64,000 nt of DNA from Chrysomallon squamiferum (GCA_012295275.1 CM022665.1:39618001-39682000); one strand, 5' to 3'; positions 15,013-29,934 are shown, numbered from the stretch's first letter. Notes: generated by a model from the sequence alone, not told the origin. Numbers and translations: made by a program.

Positions 15013-15280
15013 TATACAAGGAGGTAGACACACAAATATACAAACACAGATAAACGCATCTATTCATACATAAAAACATAAACACGCATATACATACATA
15101 AAAACACATATATACACAAAAGCTGTCAAATCACTGAAAACTAAAACTACAAAACAACCACGAAGAAAGAAAGTGCAACGACAACGACAACCAACATTAA
15201 CAACAAGAAAACTTCATTCACAATAGAAAAAACTAAAACTGTAGAAACAAATAAAAATAACAAATAAACAACAAAAACAA

Positions 15281-15330
<50 letters not shown>

Positions 15331-16845
15331 TAAAATAAAAAAAGAAATAGAAAAAAAAGAAAGAAAAAAGATAATAATTAAATAATAAAAAGATAATAAT
15401 AAGAAAAATGAATAAAAAATGTAATAATAAAAAAGAAGAAGAGAAAAACAAACAAAAACAGAGAGCAAATCTCGGAAAGAACAAATCTCATTAATAAAGA
15501 TCATTAAAAAAAAAATAATAATAAAAAAAAAAAAAAAAAAAAAAATAAAAAGCTTCGCCCATATTTTTTATTACAACTACGTACTGTTTCAGTTATACAA
15601 GTTTTGGAAAAATAATTGTGTTTATGTGCTTATGTAAGGTTAAAATTAGTTCACAGTGAAATGTTTTTTCAAGTTGAATTCTCATTCTGTTTCGAAACAA
15701 CGCCCGGATTTTCTGATTTAAGAAATATTAAGACGTTAATAAAAAAAAAAATGTTTCCTCCCGAGATTAAAAAACAAACAGACTGAAAATAGTACTTTGT
15801 TTATCAATCCACCGTGTTCAAAAATATCAGTTTCGAAGACCTTAGGCACTTTTAAATAAAGTGCAGAGTTAAAATTAGACATTATACATATTTATTATGT
15901 TTTAATAACCACACGCGTAGCTATATTTACCTATATGCCAAATATACACACCTACGAAATTATATTCAGAATCTACATGAATAGACACAAACATAAATAT
16001 TTATACAACCTATGCACACAAATATATATACGTACATCACACACATACACACACAGACACACACACACACCCATACACGCACTTATTATAAATACATAAT
16101 ATATCTAAAAAACCCAGACGTAAACAAACTATATAATAACAAACTGATATGTTTGAAGTTACATATATATTTATATAAAAATGTTTAGTATATCTGTCTT
16201 TCAGACGTTATTTTAAACAACACAGTTTTGAAATGATTCATGGTATGTGTACATCTGTAATACATACATGTTTGATGTGGGCGTCGATTTGTTTAATATG
16301 TCAAACATCTGTTCTAAAGGTCTGTATCTACAGTTCACTATCACTGCCAGCGTTTACTATACGTAAACCCATATCCTAAGTAAATAAACGTTTTCATTAT
16401 ATTGCCCTATATCAGATCTTGTTAATCTATCGCGATGTACATCGACAGTCAGTGATCAGACAATACTTCAACAAAACAACATCAAGACACAAGTTATTTT
16501 TTTTCTTTCTCCTTTCGTGTGCTTCGTGCAACAAATAAATACGATGGAGAAAAAGGAATTAGTTCATTTCGCGTATCAAACAAGACGACGCGAACGTGGT
16601 TAGCCGAACATACCGGGGATTTTGTTTATCAGCGACATCATCGTCTTGTTCAAACAGCATGCCGTCGTGGCTGTCAGAGCTGTCGTGTGGATAACGGCGC
16701 TAATCATTTGAGTTACCAAGTGCCTGTACGTTGCATCGTTCCTTCCAGCGTGTTTTGCTGCACTTAGATTACAGAAGAGTTAAAAGCGAAAATCGGAGAG
16801 AAGATAAATCATCTAGCAGTGATATTAGTCAACACTGAGTCAGTG

Positions 16846-16888
<43 letters not shown>

Positions 16889-17244
16889 TTGAACTCTGCT
16901 TGGATTGCACTATAAATAAAATAATGAGTTTAAAATGTTTGTGACGAATTTTATTATTCTGTTATTAAGGGTATTACTTTGATAGTTTTTAGTTTGTTTT
17001 TTTATTTTTTAATTTAACTTCTCTTTTCTTTTCTTTTTAAATTTTTAAAAAATTTTAAGGATTGGTTTGAGGACTGGCTTGGATAATTACAAACAGCTAT
17101 CACGTGAAAGGATTCTTGCCAGAAATTAATGTTGAAAGAAATCTAGTAATGACTAACACTGACAGATATTTCAAAAGCGACAGCAGCATCAAATCTTTAA
17201 CTGCTTTAATATATTACAAAAATGATTCTTACTAAAGGGCTTCG

Positions 17245-17637
17245 TACTGGTGGGTTTAGAGTTGGTGTTATAAAGTTGGTTGGGTATGTTGGAGGACACA
17301 GATTTGATGGGTTTAAAGTTGGTGGTAAAGACTGGTTGAGTGTATAATTGGTGGGCTTAATAAAAATGCTGGCTAGAGAGTTGATATACATGTATAAAAA
17401 AGCTGGTGGATATAAATTAGTGGATGTCACATCAATGGGTACAGATTTGGTGGGTATGTATTTGAGTGATGTGGTGTTGGGTGTATAGAGTTGACAGATA
17501 CAAATTTGCTGTGTGTATCTGCAGTTTATTTTAACAATTCTTCTTCTTTTAATATTCACTGGTGGATATAGAGTTGGTGGGTATTAAGTCGATGGGTGCA
17601 GAATTGGTGAATTTATAATCTGATTGGTACAGAATTC
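17245..17637. repeat. Old, degenerate ~16-bp repeat (approx. GTTGGTGGGTATAGA)
   Basis: Recurring TTGGTGG/GATGGGT cores at roughly 16-bp spacing; explains the Pro/Thr-rich minus-strand ORF. Confidence 0.7.
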
Positions 17638-18217
17638 ATATCCCGACCCTGAATCCTGACATGAGTGATTCTTCTCTCGGAGAAATCTTCGTTCATCTTG
17701 GTCATATAACACAGCGTCACGTATTATATTCCCCGAGACAACACAGAACATGCTGCAGTTTTACTAAAATCACAAGCCTCGTAAAAGCTGACTAACTGGT
17801 CATAACTTTCCCAGTCGAAGTCACCGAGCTGCCACATATCTCTGTCTGAGGTGTCCAGACTTGCACTAATACGTCATGAATACTAAATTGAACAGACGCA
17901 ACTAAAACAAATATGTGCCAGAGTTTCCATCTAAATTTATATTTTATTTAGGTTGTTAACTTCACTGGGATCTGCGTGAAATTGAAACTGCTGATATATA
18001 TTTTTTTTAATCAATCACTGATCAAAATAGTGGAGTTTTACAACGAGACTTTTATGTTCTAACAGTCATGTTTAGTAGTTTTACGTCATATCATGCAGAT
18101 TAAGGTTAAGCTTGTAGAATTATGTAACCAATCTTTTTTTTTTTTTTTTCGAAGAATTAACTTTCAAGAAAGTGTTTTTTATTTTGTGTTTATTTTTTTT
18201 TTTTTTAACGGTCTAAT

Positions 18218-18510
18218 TTCTTGACCATTCATTTTACACAGCAGCCTCATATTTTAACCAATCGTTTTTAACAATTTCACCTCTTAGCCAATGAAATGTG
18301 TCTATATAACATCATTAACAATTAACTGTAATGATCTAACAGTTTAGCCAATAATCTTTTACAGTCTGATATTTTTAGCCAGTCATTTTTCACATCATCT
18401 TATTTTAACCAATCATCTTTCAACATATCACATTTTAAACAATCGTTTTTCACAGTTTCAGTTGTGAACCAAAAGTTTTTCATATATCACATTTTAACCA
18501 ATCAACATTT
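18218..18510. repeat. Degenerate 30-bp tandem repeat with a TTARCCAAT-like core, about 10 units
   Basis: Cores in register at about 18251, 18281, 18311, 18341, 18371, 18401, 18431, 18461 and 18491. Confidence 0.8.
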
Positions 18511-18757
18511 ACTACACTTCAGTCACTATACATTAACATTCTGCTTTGTTTTCGTTTCAACCTGTCTGCATTCAGTTTTTCTTTTAACATATTCATTGCT
18601 TGGTTTTCTTTCTCCTTGTTGTTACATGAATAATGAGACTGCATTCAATGGCGCGTTTAGCAATTTTTAAAGGGTATCCAACAAAATTAACCAGTAAATA
18701 AATTACATATATACAACTTTATTTTCTCTCTTTCCTTCTCTCAGTTTTCCTCTCTCT

Positions 18758-18804
18758 CATGTCAGTCTGCATGAACTTTTTGTTGTAGTCCTGTAATAAA
18801 TTAC
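18758..18804 (+). repeat. 47-bp dispersed repeat, copy 1
   Basis: 43/47 identical to 27941-27987; a long (CT)n run follows both copies. Confidence 0.85.
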
Positions 18805-18811
18805 ATATATA

Positions 18812-18926
<115 letters not shown>

Positions 18927-21289
18927 ATTTGTATGTGTGTGTATGTGTGTAGGTAGGTAGGCAGGCAGGCAGGTACAGATTCCAATCAACCCAACCTAGA
19001 CCCACTCCCGTGTGCAAGTTCTCTCGATTTCATTTTCCACTCAACTGGTCTACCAGGGCCTTAACGGGATTTGTGTCTCCTGTGTTATAAATTATTACTG
19101 AACTGGCGAATGCGTGGCGACACAACGATTTCAGTCGTTAGATTCAAGCTTGAAAACCCGCAACAGATTCCAGTCCTAAAGCCAGTTACACTTAATAAAA
19201 GAATGGATATTTGGTTAACGGTATTTCACCGGTGTTGTTTTAAATTAACCGTAATTAGATATTAGATATACAGTTGTTTACACAATGGCGCTGAAGCTTC
19301 ATTTATGGACGTTTCTTAATGGCTGACAACATTTATTGCACTTTACAACGGGGAGTGGATGGCATATAATAGTTTTTGGAAAAAACAAAAAACGTAGGAC
19401 ACTTATTGAAAAGGGAAATACCATTAGAGAAAATGTGAATGCGGCTGATCTGCAGAACTGTCGTACTTCGCTGCAAATGTTATCCAGGAGAGTATTGAAT
19501 AAATATACCGATGTTTTGCTAGTTATTTTTCTAAACCACGATTATCTAACAACAACAGTAATTAAAATAGTAGTATTAGCAGTAGTAGTAAAATACTATA
19601 TAAACCAAAATAATAAATGCTAATAATAATAACAACAGCAACAACAACTGTAATAACAACAGTAGTAGTAGAGTAGTAAAAATAAATAAAATAATGTAAA
19701 ATAAAATAATAAAGGAAACTAACAATAATGATAACAGTAACAACAACAATAGTAGTAGTAGTAGTTGTAGTAATAGTAACAGTAGCAGTAGTACTAATGG
19801 CACAGTTCACAATAATCACCTATTTTATAAACTAAGCAGTCTAACATCAAAACGTTTTGCGATATTTCTAATCTTAGCCATCGACACTGACCATTAATTT
19901 GTCTTAGACACACACTCTGTGAACAAATGACGTAAGCGAATCGTAATGAGTATCAGCTCGACATGAACAAACCTTCGTTCAGTCACGTTCAAAACATTGA
20001 AATGAGAAAAAAAACGCCAATAAATTTATTTTTTAAAAAGATAAGAAGAAGAAGAAGAAGAAGAAGAAAAAAACCCCCACAGAAAATAACATGTGGGCTA
20101 CAGCATTAACAAACACGTGTGTATATATGTATATATATATATATAAAAAAATATAGGTCCAGAAACTGAAACAGTCAAAGACTGTTGCGAAATTGATGTT
20201 GTTTCATGATGAAAAAGTATAAGAAAATACGTTATCTAATAATTTCCATGTCGCTTCCATTTAATGTAGAAGAAGATAAGTTTAAGTGTGGATAATAACG
20301 TGGCATTACGCGATAGACTGGATATTTGTACATCAAACATCAACTTTATCCCAGATTAGTTTTAAGGCGGACATGAAAGTCACTGAAGATCCATGCAGTT
20401 GATTGTACGGGCTTTGTGGTGTTCACTGGAAAAATGCAGCGAGCTTTGAGGAATAACTGTAACAAAATAATTATCTACAACGAAATGCATGGTTTTTGTT
20501 TTTCAGTGCAGCTGTCCTGTCCATCAGTTGATAATGATGACGATGGTGATAATGACGATGACGATGACGGTGGTGATGATGACGATAATACTACTGATGA
20601 TGCTGATAACCATCTGATTATAATGGTGTTGGTAATGGTAATAATATTGACGATACTGACAGTGATGATGATTATGATGGTGGTTGTGATGATTGATGAT
20701 GATGATGATAATTATAATGGTGGCTGTGATGATGATGATAATGGTGATGATCATGATGCTGCTGATGATGACGATTGTTGAGGTCTTGATCAGATAATGA
20801 CATATTATAACAAAAATAATAATTTTTATGTAAAAATGGTCTAAAAAACAGAAAAATTACAAATATAAATATATATTTTTTTTTTTCAAATTTCAATAGC
20901 AAAAGCCTACATCATTAATCTAATTACCACCCATTCTAACTATTTTCATTTCGTCACTCGTGATCTATGAGAATCTCTACAGTTTCGCTTTCAACACGAG
21001 CTGGCCAAGCTGTCTTTGGCTAGCAGACGTCAGGCACACACACACGAACTTGATGTAATCGTTTTATCGATTGGTCAGTTTGTTGTTTCTAAGACACGAT
21101 CTGATCCGGGCTTTCCACTAAGCTTCCGCCTGATGCTACTTGGTAAAATTAAATCTCGTCTTATCTCTCGAGATCTGATTCATTTTCTGATGTACCGAAA
21201 ATCGCGTGAAACCCGTCTAGGTACAAACTCAGACGCGAAAATAGAAATTAATTTATTGAAAGCGTTTTGAGTACTCTTGTACTTGAAAT

Positions 21290-21379
<90 letters not shown>

Positions 21380-21812
21380 TTCATCATCATTACCACAGCC
21401 ATAAACCTTAGCAAGGTATTATTACATTTGTAGTAATATATATTTATATCTATATCTATCTATCTTTCTATATATATATATATATATATATATTAATTAT
21501 AATTATGATATTTAATTTGTTTTTCAGGAAGCACCGCCCACTAACTTTCTTATGATACATTTAATCACATGCATCTTGAATTCATAATTAACTTTTATGA
21601 AAACAGGAGACACAATAGAAGACGCGCTATTTCTGTAATAATAAATATTTTAATAATACTTACATCCGTTTAAGTGTCATCTTCCTGGGTCGATTTGGTC
21701 TGATATCTGTTCACTGATGTGTATAGAAATAATCTTTGATTTGACTAGTTTTTAGGGTTATTTCGTGACTTAACTTGAGAGGTGTAACATTACCATAACC
21801 TTAAATGCTTTG

Positions 21813-21865
21813 TCATCTACAATATATAACCCTATATATATATAGGGTTATTAAATTCTAGATGA
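21813..21865. other. Inverted repeat: perfect 26-bp palindrome (21826-21851) with imperfect outer arms
   Basis: ATAACCC-(TA)6-GGGTTAT is its own reverse complement; outer TCATCTA pairs with TAGATGA. Confidence 0.85.
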
Positions 21866-23100
21866 TGTAAAAATAGAAAAATAAACTTTATTTTTTGAAC
21901 TTACATGCTGAATTCCCTATAATCTGTAAATTATTTCAAGCATTTTTCAAACCCCTCCCCCCCAAAAAAAAAAAAAAAAAAAATGAAACAAAATTTAACA
22001 CAACAACACACTCTTTCGTCTACGGTAGGGTTGTAGGTGGTTGCCCAACTCAGGCGAACTTGAATCTTCACTGATTTTAAGTATGTTTCATGTTATTGAC
22101 AAGTGATTGATGGAACGGGATATGTAGCTTATATGATGGAGTTACTAATTTCTGCTAATTAACTTAATCGCTAACTACATGTCTGTCGGTACTTTGTTAG
22201 TAAAATGACTATTAATGTCCTGTAATTGAGACCATGGTATTTAAATACAGTAATGACAATATTTTTATTTTTATAAATCTAGCATTTACCAGTGACAAGA
22301 TTAATTAGCAGAAAAACAAACGCTGTTTTTCAGTTTTTGACATTTTGGATTTAAAACTGCTAAATAGTTGGTAGATAATGGAAAATACATATTATATATA
22401 TATAAAATGAAATTAAATAAAAGAACAGATAATAGTAAGATATATACATATATAACAAAAGCTATATTTAAAAATCCAAAAAATCAGAATTATTTTTCTT
22501 TTTTGAGATCTCTAAAAATCATGGCCTCAAAATAATTCTCTTAACGGAACACACAAAGGATTTAGGTTTTATGTTCTAGAGATTAATGAACTATGGTTTG
22601 GGAACTTGGCCCGGATATATTCAGAACTGACCTAGATCAGTTGGCTAAACTGACACGCAAAAGAAGAATTAATATCAGTCTATTTTATAATTCATCTTTC
22701 TAATCCACTATCCCGCATTACTCATCATATCACCATTACCATCATCATTACATTATCATCATCATCATCACTATCACCACCATCATCGTCATCATCATAT
22801 TCATCATCATCATCACCATCATCATCACCACCATTTCCATCATCATTATTACGAAAATCTTCAACATTACCATCATCATCATCATCATCATTCTTTTAAA
22901 TTATTACAATCATCTCTTACACCCATTGTTATTATAAACATCACGATCATTTTTTTTCCATCACCCCACCACTAGTATTATTATTACACTAATGCAATAA
23001 TAAATATTACAACTATATACTCAACCATCTGTTATTTCACTAAGGGTTTTTATTAGTGAGAAAAACATACACTCCAGTGTTCTCGCAAAAAACGATCTAG

Positions 23101-23240
23101 CCCAGGGATTCGAACTTGCTGCCTGTCAAACACAACTACTACAGGGATTCGAATCTTTTCATCTATCACACAGTCGCTTTAACCACTAATCCGGATAAAC
23201 AAAAACAGAAATACAACCATCCTTGGGATTCGAACCTATT
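23101..23240 (-). mobile_element. tRNA-derived SINE-head fragments with three B-box-like motifs
   Basis: GGGATTCGAA (minus strand TTCGAATCCC) at 23105, 23144 and 23225. On the minus strand an A-box-like TTAGTGGTTAAAGCG lies upstream of the 23144 copy. No complete cloverleaf. Confidence 0.55.
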
Positions 23241-24241
23241 ATCTTTGCGGCTTATAATCACAAAGGCATGTCAGGAAATACTGATGCCGAACAAAAATTT
23301 AAATAACATCTGCTCTTTCCCCAGCAGACAAAGAAGTCATCTCCTGTCTTGTCTTTTTCAAGGCAGACGGATTCAGCTATAATTAGTCAATGTCACGAGA
23401 CCAGCTGACCTACCGACGTCAAAATCCGCGCTCTTTGTAATTGCATATTTCAGTTTGTGCAAGTGTTTTGTGGCAGGCACGCCAGGTTGGAACATAGTCA
23501 AGAGAGAGGTTTTTTTTTTGTCAGTTAACTCATTAGTTAATTACAGAAGTTTATGTTTAGTAATTTTAAATTAATACTTAACATCTATGTACTGAGAGTC
23601 CACAATGAAGATATTATCTCGGCACTTACCAGACATGTACTATGGTTTTAAAAATTGAGTCTATAAAGTGTTGAAATAATAACAGTCTGCACCCAAATTC
23701 GGTCTTAGAATGTAAATAAGGTTCTAAGGCATTAAATACCGAAAGTATTTTTTATTTTTTATTTTTGCATGGTTTCTAACTGATAACAGTCACTATTGGG
23801 ATTCATCCCTAGAAGCCTCAAGCGACTTTAACCAATAAGTCTAGAAATAACACTAAATTAAACTTAATTATTTCACTCAGACTGTTCGATTTTATTTACT
23901 ACATCCTTACGTCTGGTCCAGGACCAATAAAACAACCCGTACAAGGTCGCGATATCCGCTCTCTCTAACTAAACATTTAACAGATAAACGCTGTCTTGAA
24001 TTGACAGTCCTGGCTCCTAGATGGTTGCCAAGTCAGAAGAACTAGAATCTTCGGTACATTCAAGTACTTTTCAAATTAATGAAATACGTAAGATGCGAGA
24101 GGAATATATTTTTTCAAAATGGCCGCCCTTTTAATTGAAAGCAGACGACCGCGTAACTTATTACTGCGCGTGTATCGAACATAAAATATAAAAAAATAAA
24201 TAATAAAAAAAATATGATAATAATAATTATGATTTATTTTC

Positions 24242-24303
<62 letters not shown>

Positions 24304-26115
24304 GTTTAAAAAAGTAAAAAAAAAAAAAAAATAAATAAAGAGTGAAAGACGATGTTAAGATGTACAATAAAAATGATGCAGGCAGTAACCAGGCAATGTG
24401 AATAGTGTCTGATTAAAACTGGTGTCCGAGCCAACCCCAACACATCAATCAACGAAATACTGCTTCTCTTGTATCTCCCGGGACTGGCTTCCATGTATCT
24501 CGCTGGCTGGAACATACATTCCACCTTTTACACTAAACCAATTAGGAATTGATTTTCAGCTCTATAATAACGATATTTTTATATTTGCATGAATATTTAA
24601 AACAGAAATCAAAGGCAAGAAACTGAGTAATGTACGGGAAGAAGTATAAACAGTTTTAGTTTTTAATATAATCAAATAAAATAAAACTTCGAAATAGAAT
24701 TTAAAAAAAAAAAAATAATAATAAAAATAAGAAATAAAATAATAATAATATTAATAATATAATAAAAAAAAAAAAAAAAAAAAAAAAAAAATGAAACAAC
24801 CCCAAAAAGATAAAACAAACAAAATAGAAAATAAAATAAAAACCCTACCACACGAACAAACAAACAAACCCTGAAAAAGAAGAAAAAGAATTCATTAAAT
24901 TAAATTTAAAAAAAAATAAAAAATAAAACAATAATTTAGTTAGTATTGGGAAATAAATATTTTAAAAAAAATCACTTGCAAATACGATATATAGTCTTAA
25001 GCCCGGAAATATTTATCTTCGAAACAAAAATCTGCGTTTATCTTTTCTTCAACATACAAGAAACGAAAAAGAAGCTGCAGACAGTTATAACCATAACTCT
25101 TCTTCAAATTAAATTACACTGTCTGAAAGCAGACGCTCTGTATATTTATATAGTCAAACTTATACACATTATTACCTAAAATGTCAGTGTTAAGATATAA
25201 TACGACTGAGTCTAAATTATTTATTAAAAAGGAACAAGTCTAAGAAATATTTGTTAAGTTTGAATTGCGTAATAGAATTCTGAATAATTCTCTTTTTCTC
25301 TTCTTTCTGTCGCTCTCTGTTTCTTTCTTCCTCTTTTACTCTGTTGATGATGATGATAATAATAATTTAAAATAGGAAAAACTACAGCAATAACGACATT
25401 AAATTCAACATCAGTAACTGCAGCAGCAACAAAAATAATAAAAAAAAAAAACAGTTATAACTGCAGCAGTAACAACAAACAAACAAACAACAACAACAAC
25501 AACAATAATAACAATAGCAGTAATAATAATAATAATATTAAGAGAAAAAGAAGAAAAAAAAAAAAAAATTCACGCTAAAAGAACAAGTAAAATAAAATAA
25601 AATAATAGTAATAAATAATTTAAAACAAATAATACTAATAAAAAAAAAAAAAAAAAAAAAAATGAAATAAAATAAAATAAAATAAAATAAAATAAACGAG
25701 CATTCAGTGACCCTTTGAATGATATAAACTTAACCAGCCACCTGAACAAAGCAGACACGTTTTAGAAAACCACAGCACATTTACCTTGAACTACATTTCA
25801 TTTTGACTCTCTCGTAATTCCGCAGGATTGGCTTGTGTGCATTTGTACGGTGTTGTCGTTATATTATTATTGTCAGAGTCTGTTTTTAATCTATACATAT
25901 GCAGGGTAAAACATAAATAAATAAAGAACGTGTCTGTATGTCCGTGTGTCCGTGGTAACAGACGTTTCATTCACAGATCCTCTGAAGTCAGCTGTTGACA
26001 TTTTGTATACTCTCTGTTGTTTTCTGTTATGCAGTAGCCGCGCCTTTTCTTTTTGTTCTTTAACAATGGTGAAGCATTAATGCTGGTTTTTATGGAGTAG
26101 AGGGTGTTTCTATTT

Positions 26116-26161
<46 letters not shown>

Positions 26162-27940
26162 ACACGCACAACTCAGACAAATTAATTATTGAAAATAGTT
26201 ATATAGGTTTGAATGACGAATTAATTTATTTTTGTTATTGTTAATAATAAAATTAATACTGTTATTGTTTTTGCTGTGGTTGCTCTTTTTCTTCTGCACT
26301 ATATTATAGCAGCATTATTATTTTAAGGTTGCGAACATCAACTGCGCCTGTTCTGGAAACTCAAGCTAGAAGTTTCAGTGTTAGAATGTTAGTAGACTTA
26401 CTCAGAAAGAAGAAAGTAATTAATTTTCAATTAATTCTGCGTGGGTGTCGATACTATTATTCGAAACCATAACCTGTCACTTTTAAGACCGAAGACTTAA
26501 CTATTGCGTAATGTAAATTGGCAGATATCCATGTTATTAAAAAGTAAACATAGCTTACCGTTCGCACGTAATAAAAACAAAATTCCTAATTAACACTGGA
26601 TTATGTATATATATATATATATATATATTTTTTTTCTCTCTCTCTCTCTCACTCTAGCTCGTTTATTTTTTTATTTTTTTTCACTCATACCACAAAACTG
26701 GAAGAGTGTATCGAAAATAAGAACCAAGCTTAGCTCATTACAATCCTTGACCAAAATTCATGCCACGTGAAGTTTACACTCGTATGCTGTTATATTTATC
26801 CCTCAGCCTATTTACACTGCATGGAAAAGAATTATACGCCACGCACCTAACAACTTTCACACATGTTTTTTTCATTAATTTTTTTTCTCGTCTTTTCGTG
26901 CTTGCAACTTGTCAGCGCTATTGTGCAAGCCAGACGGTGGTTTGCGAAAGCCGCCGAAATATGATAAACACGGGGAAGAAATTTATCAAAAATAATACGT
27001 CTGCAGACGATTTCTCCACGCCCTATTTTCGACGAAATATACCGGCGCGTCCCGAGTTAATTTGTCGTAGATATTGGCTGTGGGCTAACAGCTAATAAAA
27101 AACACGTAGGTGTTAATAAAGGTACATAGGAAAATTGAAAATATATCTCATTAAAAAAATTAATAATAACAAAAAAAAAAATCGAAAAAGAGAAAAGATA
27201 ATTGGATAGTAAATTATGAGAAAATAAATAAATAATTACAAAAAAGGAGTGGGGGGGGGGAAGAAAAAGAAAGAAAGAAAAAAAAAGATTAACCAAAGAT
27301 TTATATATTTATCGTGTGCCCAGAAAAAATAACCCAAAGAATCAAACAAATAAAAAAAGCAACCAAAAACCAACCAGTAAAACTAATAATATTATATATA
27401 ATTTTTCTTTCTTTCTTTTTTTTTTTTTCTGGTGACAATAATTAATTTAAAAATGGATAAATATATTTAGTTTTTCTTTAAGAGAAACGAAGAAAAGTAG
27501 AGAGAGAGAGGGAGGAAAGAAAAAGGGAGAAATGAATCGTTATAAATTTAAAAAAAAAAAATAATAATAATAAAATAAAATAAAATAAAATAAATAAAAC
27601 AAAACAAAACAAAAAACAAGCAAACAAACAACCAACCAAACAAACACACAAACAAATAAATAAATAAATAAATACTGAAACAGATTGTTTGGGCTTCTGT
27701 GTTCGAGTTTAAATCGATAATGAAAAGTAGAGTGATTGTTAATTCAAACGTTGATTAGCTTTCATTAATTTAAATTACGGTTTAGTTATGGTATTGTAGA
27801 CAAGACGGGTGAAGAGTTTTCTCAAGTAGATAGCCGTGTTGTAATATGCATGAAAATCACGTGTGTGTAAAATGTTGAAAGAATCAACCGACATTTGAGA
27901 TTCTGCTCAAACAAGAGTATTACATTAACCCAAAGGTTCC

Positions 27941-27987
27941 CATGTCAGTCTGTATGAACTTTTGGTTGTAGTCCTGTAGTAAAATAC
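27941..27987 (+). repeat. 47-bp dispersed repeat, copy 2
   Basis: 43/47 identical to 18758-18804. Confidence 0.85.
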
Positions 27988-28023
27988 GTGGCGATATGAA
28001 ACTGTAGAAACCACGTCAGTGAG

Positions 28024-28145
<122 letters not shown>

Positions 28146-28435
28146 TTTCTATATCTCTATGCACTTCAGGTTTCTCTATTAATAGATATGTTTATCCGTC
28201 TGTGTTTGTATCTGTCCGTTAAGTAATCTCATTCATGTTCATCTCTTTTACTTTCTTTTCTGTCTCACACATAGACACACATGTAATTATACGCATATAT
28301 TTCACAAAAACGCGTTCGCGCGCATGTGCACACACAAATAAAATTACAGAAGAGAACATCAACACATGCCTTCCCTTTAACCAACTATTTCCACCACAAC
28401 GACGACAACAACAACAACAACAGCAGCATCTGTAA

Positions 28436-28520
<85 letters not shown>

Positions 28521-29174
28521 CCAGCAATAACTAGCATTTGCAGACGACTTCTTGGCCTGGACACAAAATACTCGTAAAGATAATTTGGAATGCTAAACCA
28601 AAAGAATGATTTCCATAATTTGAATGATCAAAAGAATCTCAGTCCTAATTCGTGTTTTAAAGAAGTTAGTCAAAACAAGCTGTTCTCTCTCTGGTAACCA
28701 CTTGTAGCGGAAATAGACGCAAACAGACCTTCGGGCACGCGATTCCTCGGATAGCGAGACAAATGCAGAAACATTGCAGATATAAGTCTTGTTAACTGGG
28801 CTGAACACATTTTGTTGAGGCTGAGGTCAAACACGCAGTGCTTCAGGCATAATCAACTGCACATATCGCGGCGGTTTTGGGGGCAGGGGTGATAAATAAA
28901 ACAAACGAATAAATAAAGATATTATTGTTGCTGATACGACTGTTATTACTATTATTGCTACTACTTCTACCATTCCAACTAATGCAACGGTTACCTTTAC
29001 AGCAACAGCAACGACGTCTACTACTTCTAACACTACCACTCTGTTACTGTTACTGTCGTTGCTGTCGCTGCTATTATCACGTCTGCTGCAACTACTAGAC
29101 ATAATATTAGTACTAATACTAATACAAAGACAACATTTACTGCTGCTATTGTTACTACACCAACTAATACTTCA

Positions 29175-29256
<82 letters not shown>

Positions 29257-29290
29257 CTATTCCTCTACTATCGCTATCCTTTGCTACCAC

Positions 29291-29514
29291 CAGAGCCTTT
29301 AAGAGAAAATTTTCTCAAAATACTAATAAAAAAAAGTATGTGTGCTGTGATAAGTGTAGTGATGTTTGTGTATGTGAATGAAAGTGTATGTCGGGCTGAG
29401 GGTATGATCTCGAGGGGGACGGGACAGTTGTTGTATGGTTGCTGTGGGTCCCTTCTTAGCTCTTGGGCCCCGAAACAAACTACCGGCGGGACCCCCTCCC
29501 TGTTGTAGGCCCTG
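29291..29514. mobile_element. Non-autonomous hAT-like DNA transposon (MITE), family A, copy 1
   Basis: Termini CAGAGCCT...AGGCCCTG (TIR 7/8); flanks GCTACCAC and GCTACCGT (6/8, decayed 8-bp TSD). The right ~85 bp match the reverse complement of 53512-53597. Confidence 0.8.
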
Positions 29515-29934
29515 GCTACCGTTACAGTACAATAACAATTACTACAAATATTATTGTGACTACTGCTGCTACAAACGATAACGATAATTATACTAACAAC
29601 GCGAGCCTATTTTAAGCTACATCACCCACTCCCCTTCCACCCCTCTAATCATTTCTGGACTCGCCCTAAACGTCTATAAAAAAAGGTTGCTATGAAGACA
29701 TTACACCGACTATGAACTGAATTGAAATAAACTTAATTTCATCCTTATTTCATCTTCTTTTTACAACAGTGAAAAGAACGGAAAAGAAAAAAACAAAAAT
29801 CATTTTAATTTTTAAAATTAAAATGTTTTTTTTTATTTTTTTTTTATCAAAACTCTTTTAAGTGAGTCAGATAAACAAATTCAAAGACGAAACGAAGGTT
29901 CACTTTTTTGTTTTACAACAAACACGTGTGCAGG

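Noticed and set aside
23141-23200. Functional tRNA gene
   Set aside because: Only A- and B-box-like words are present; acceptor and anticodon stems cannot be formed.
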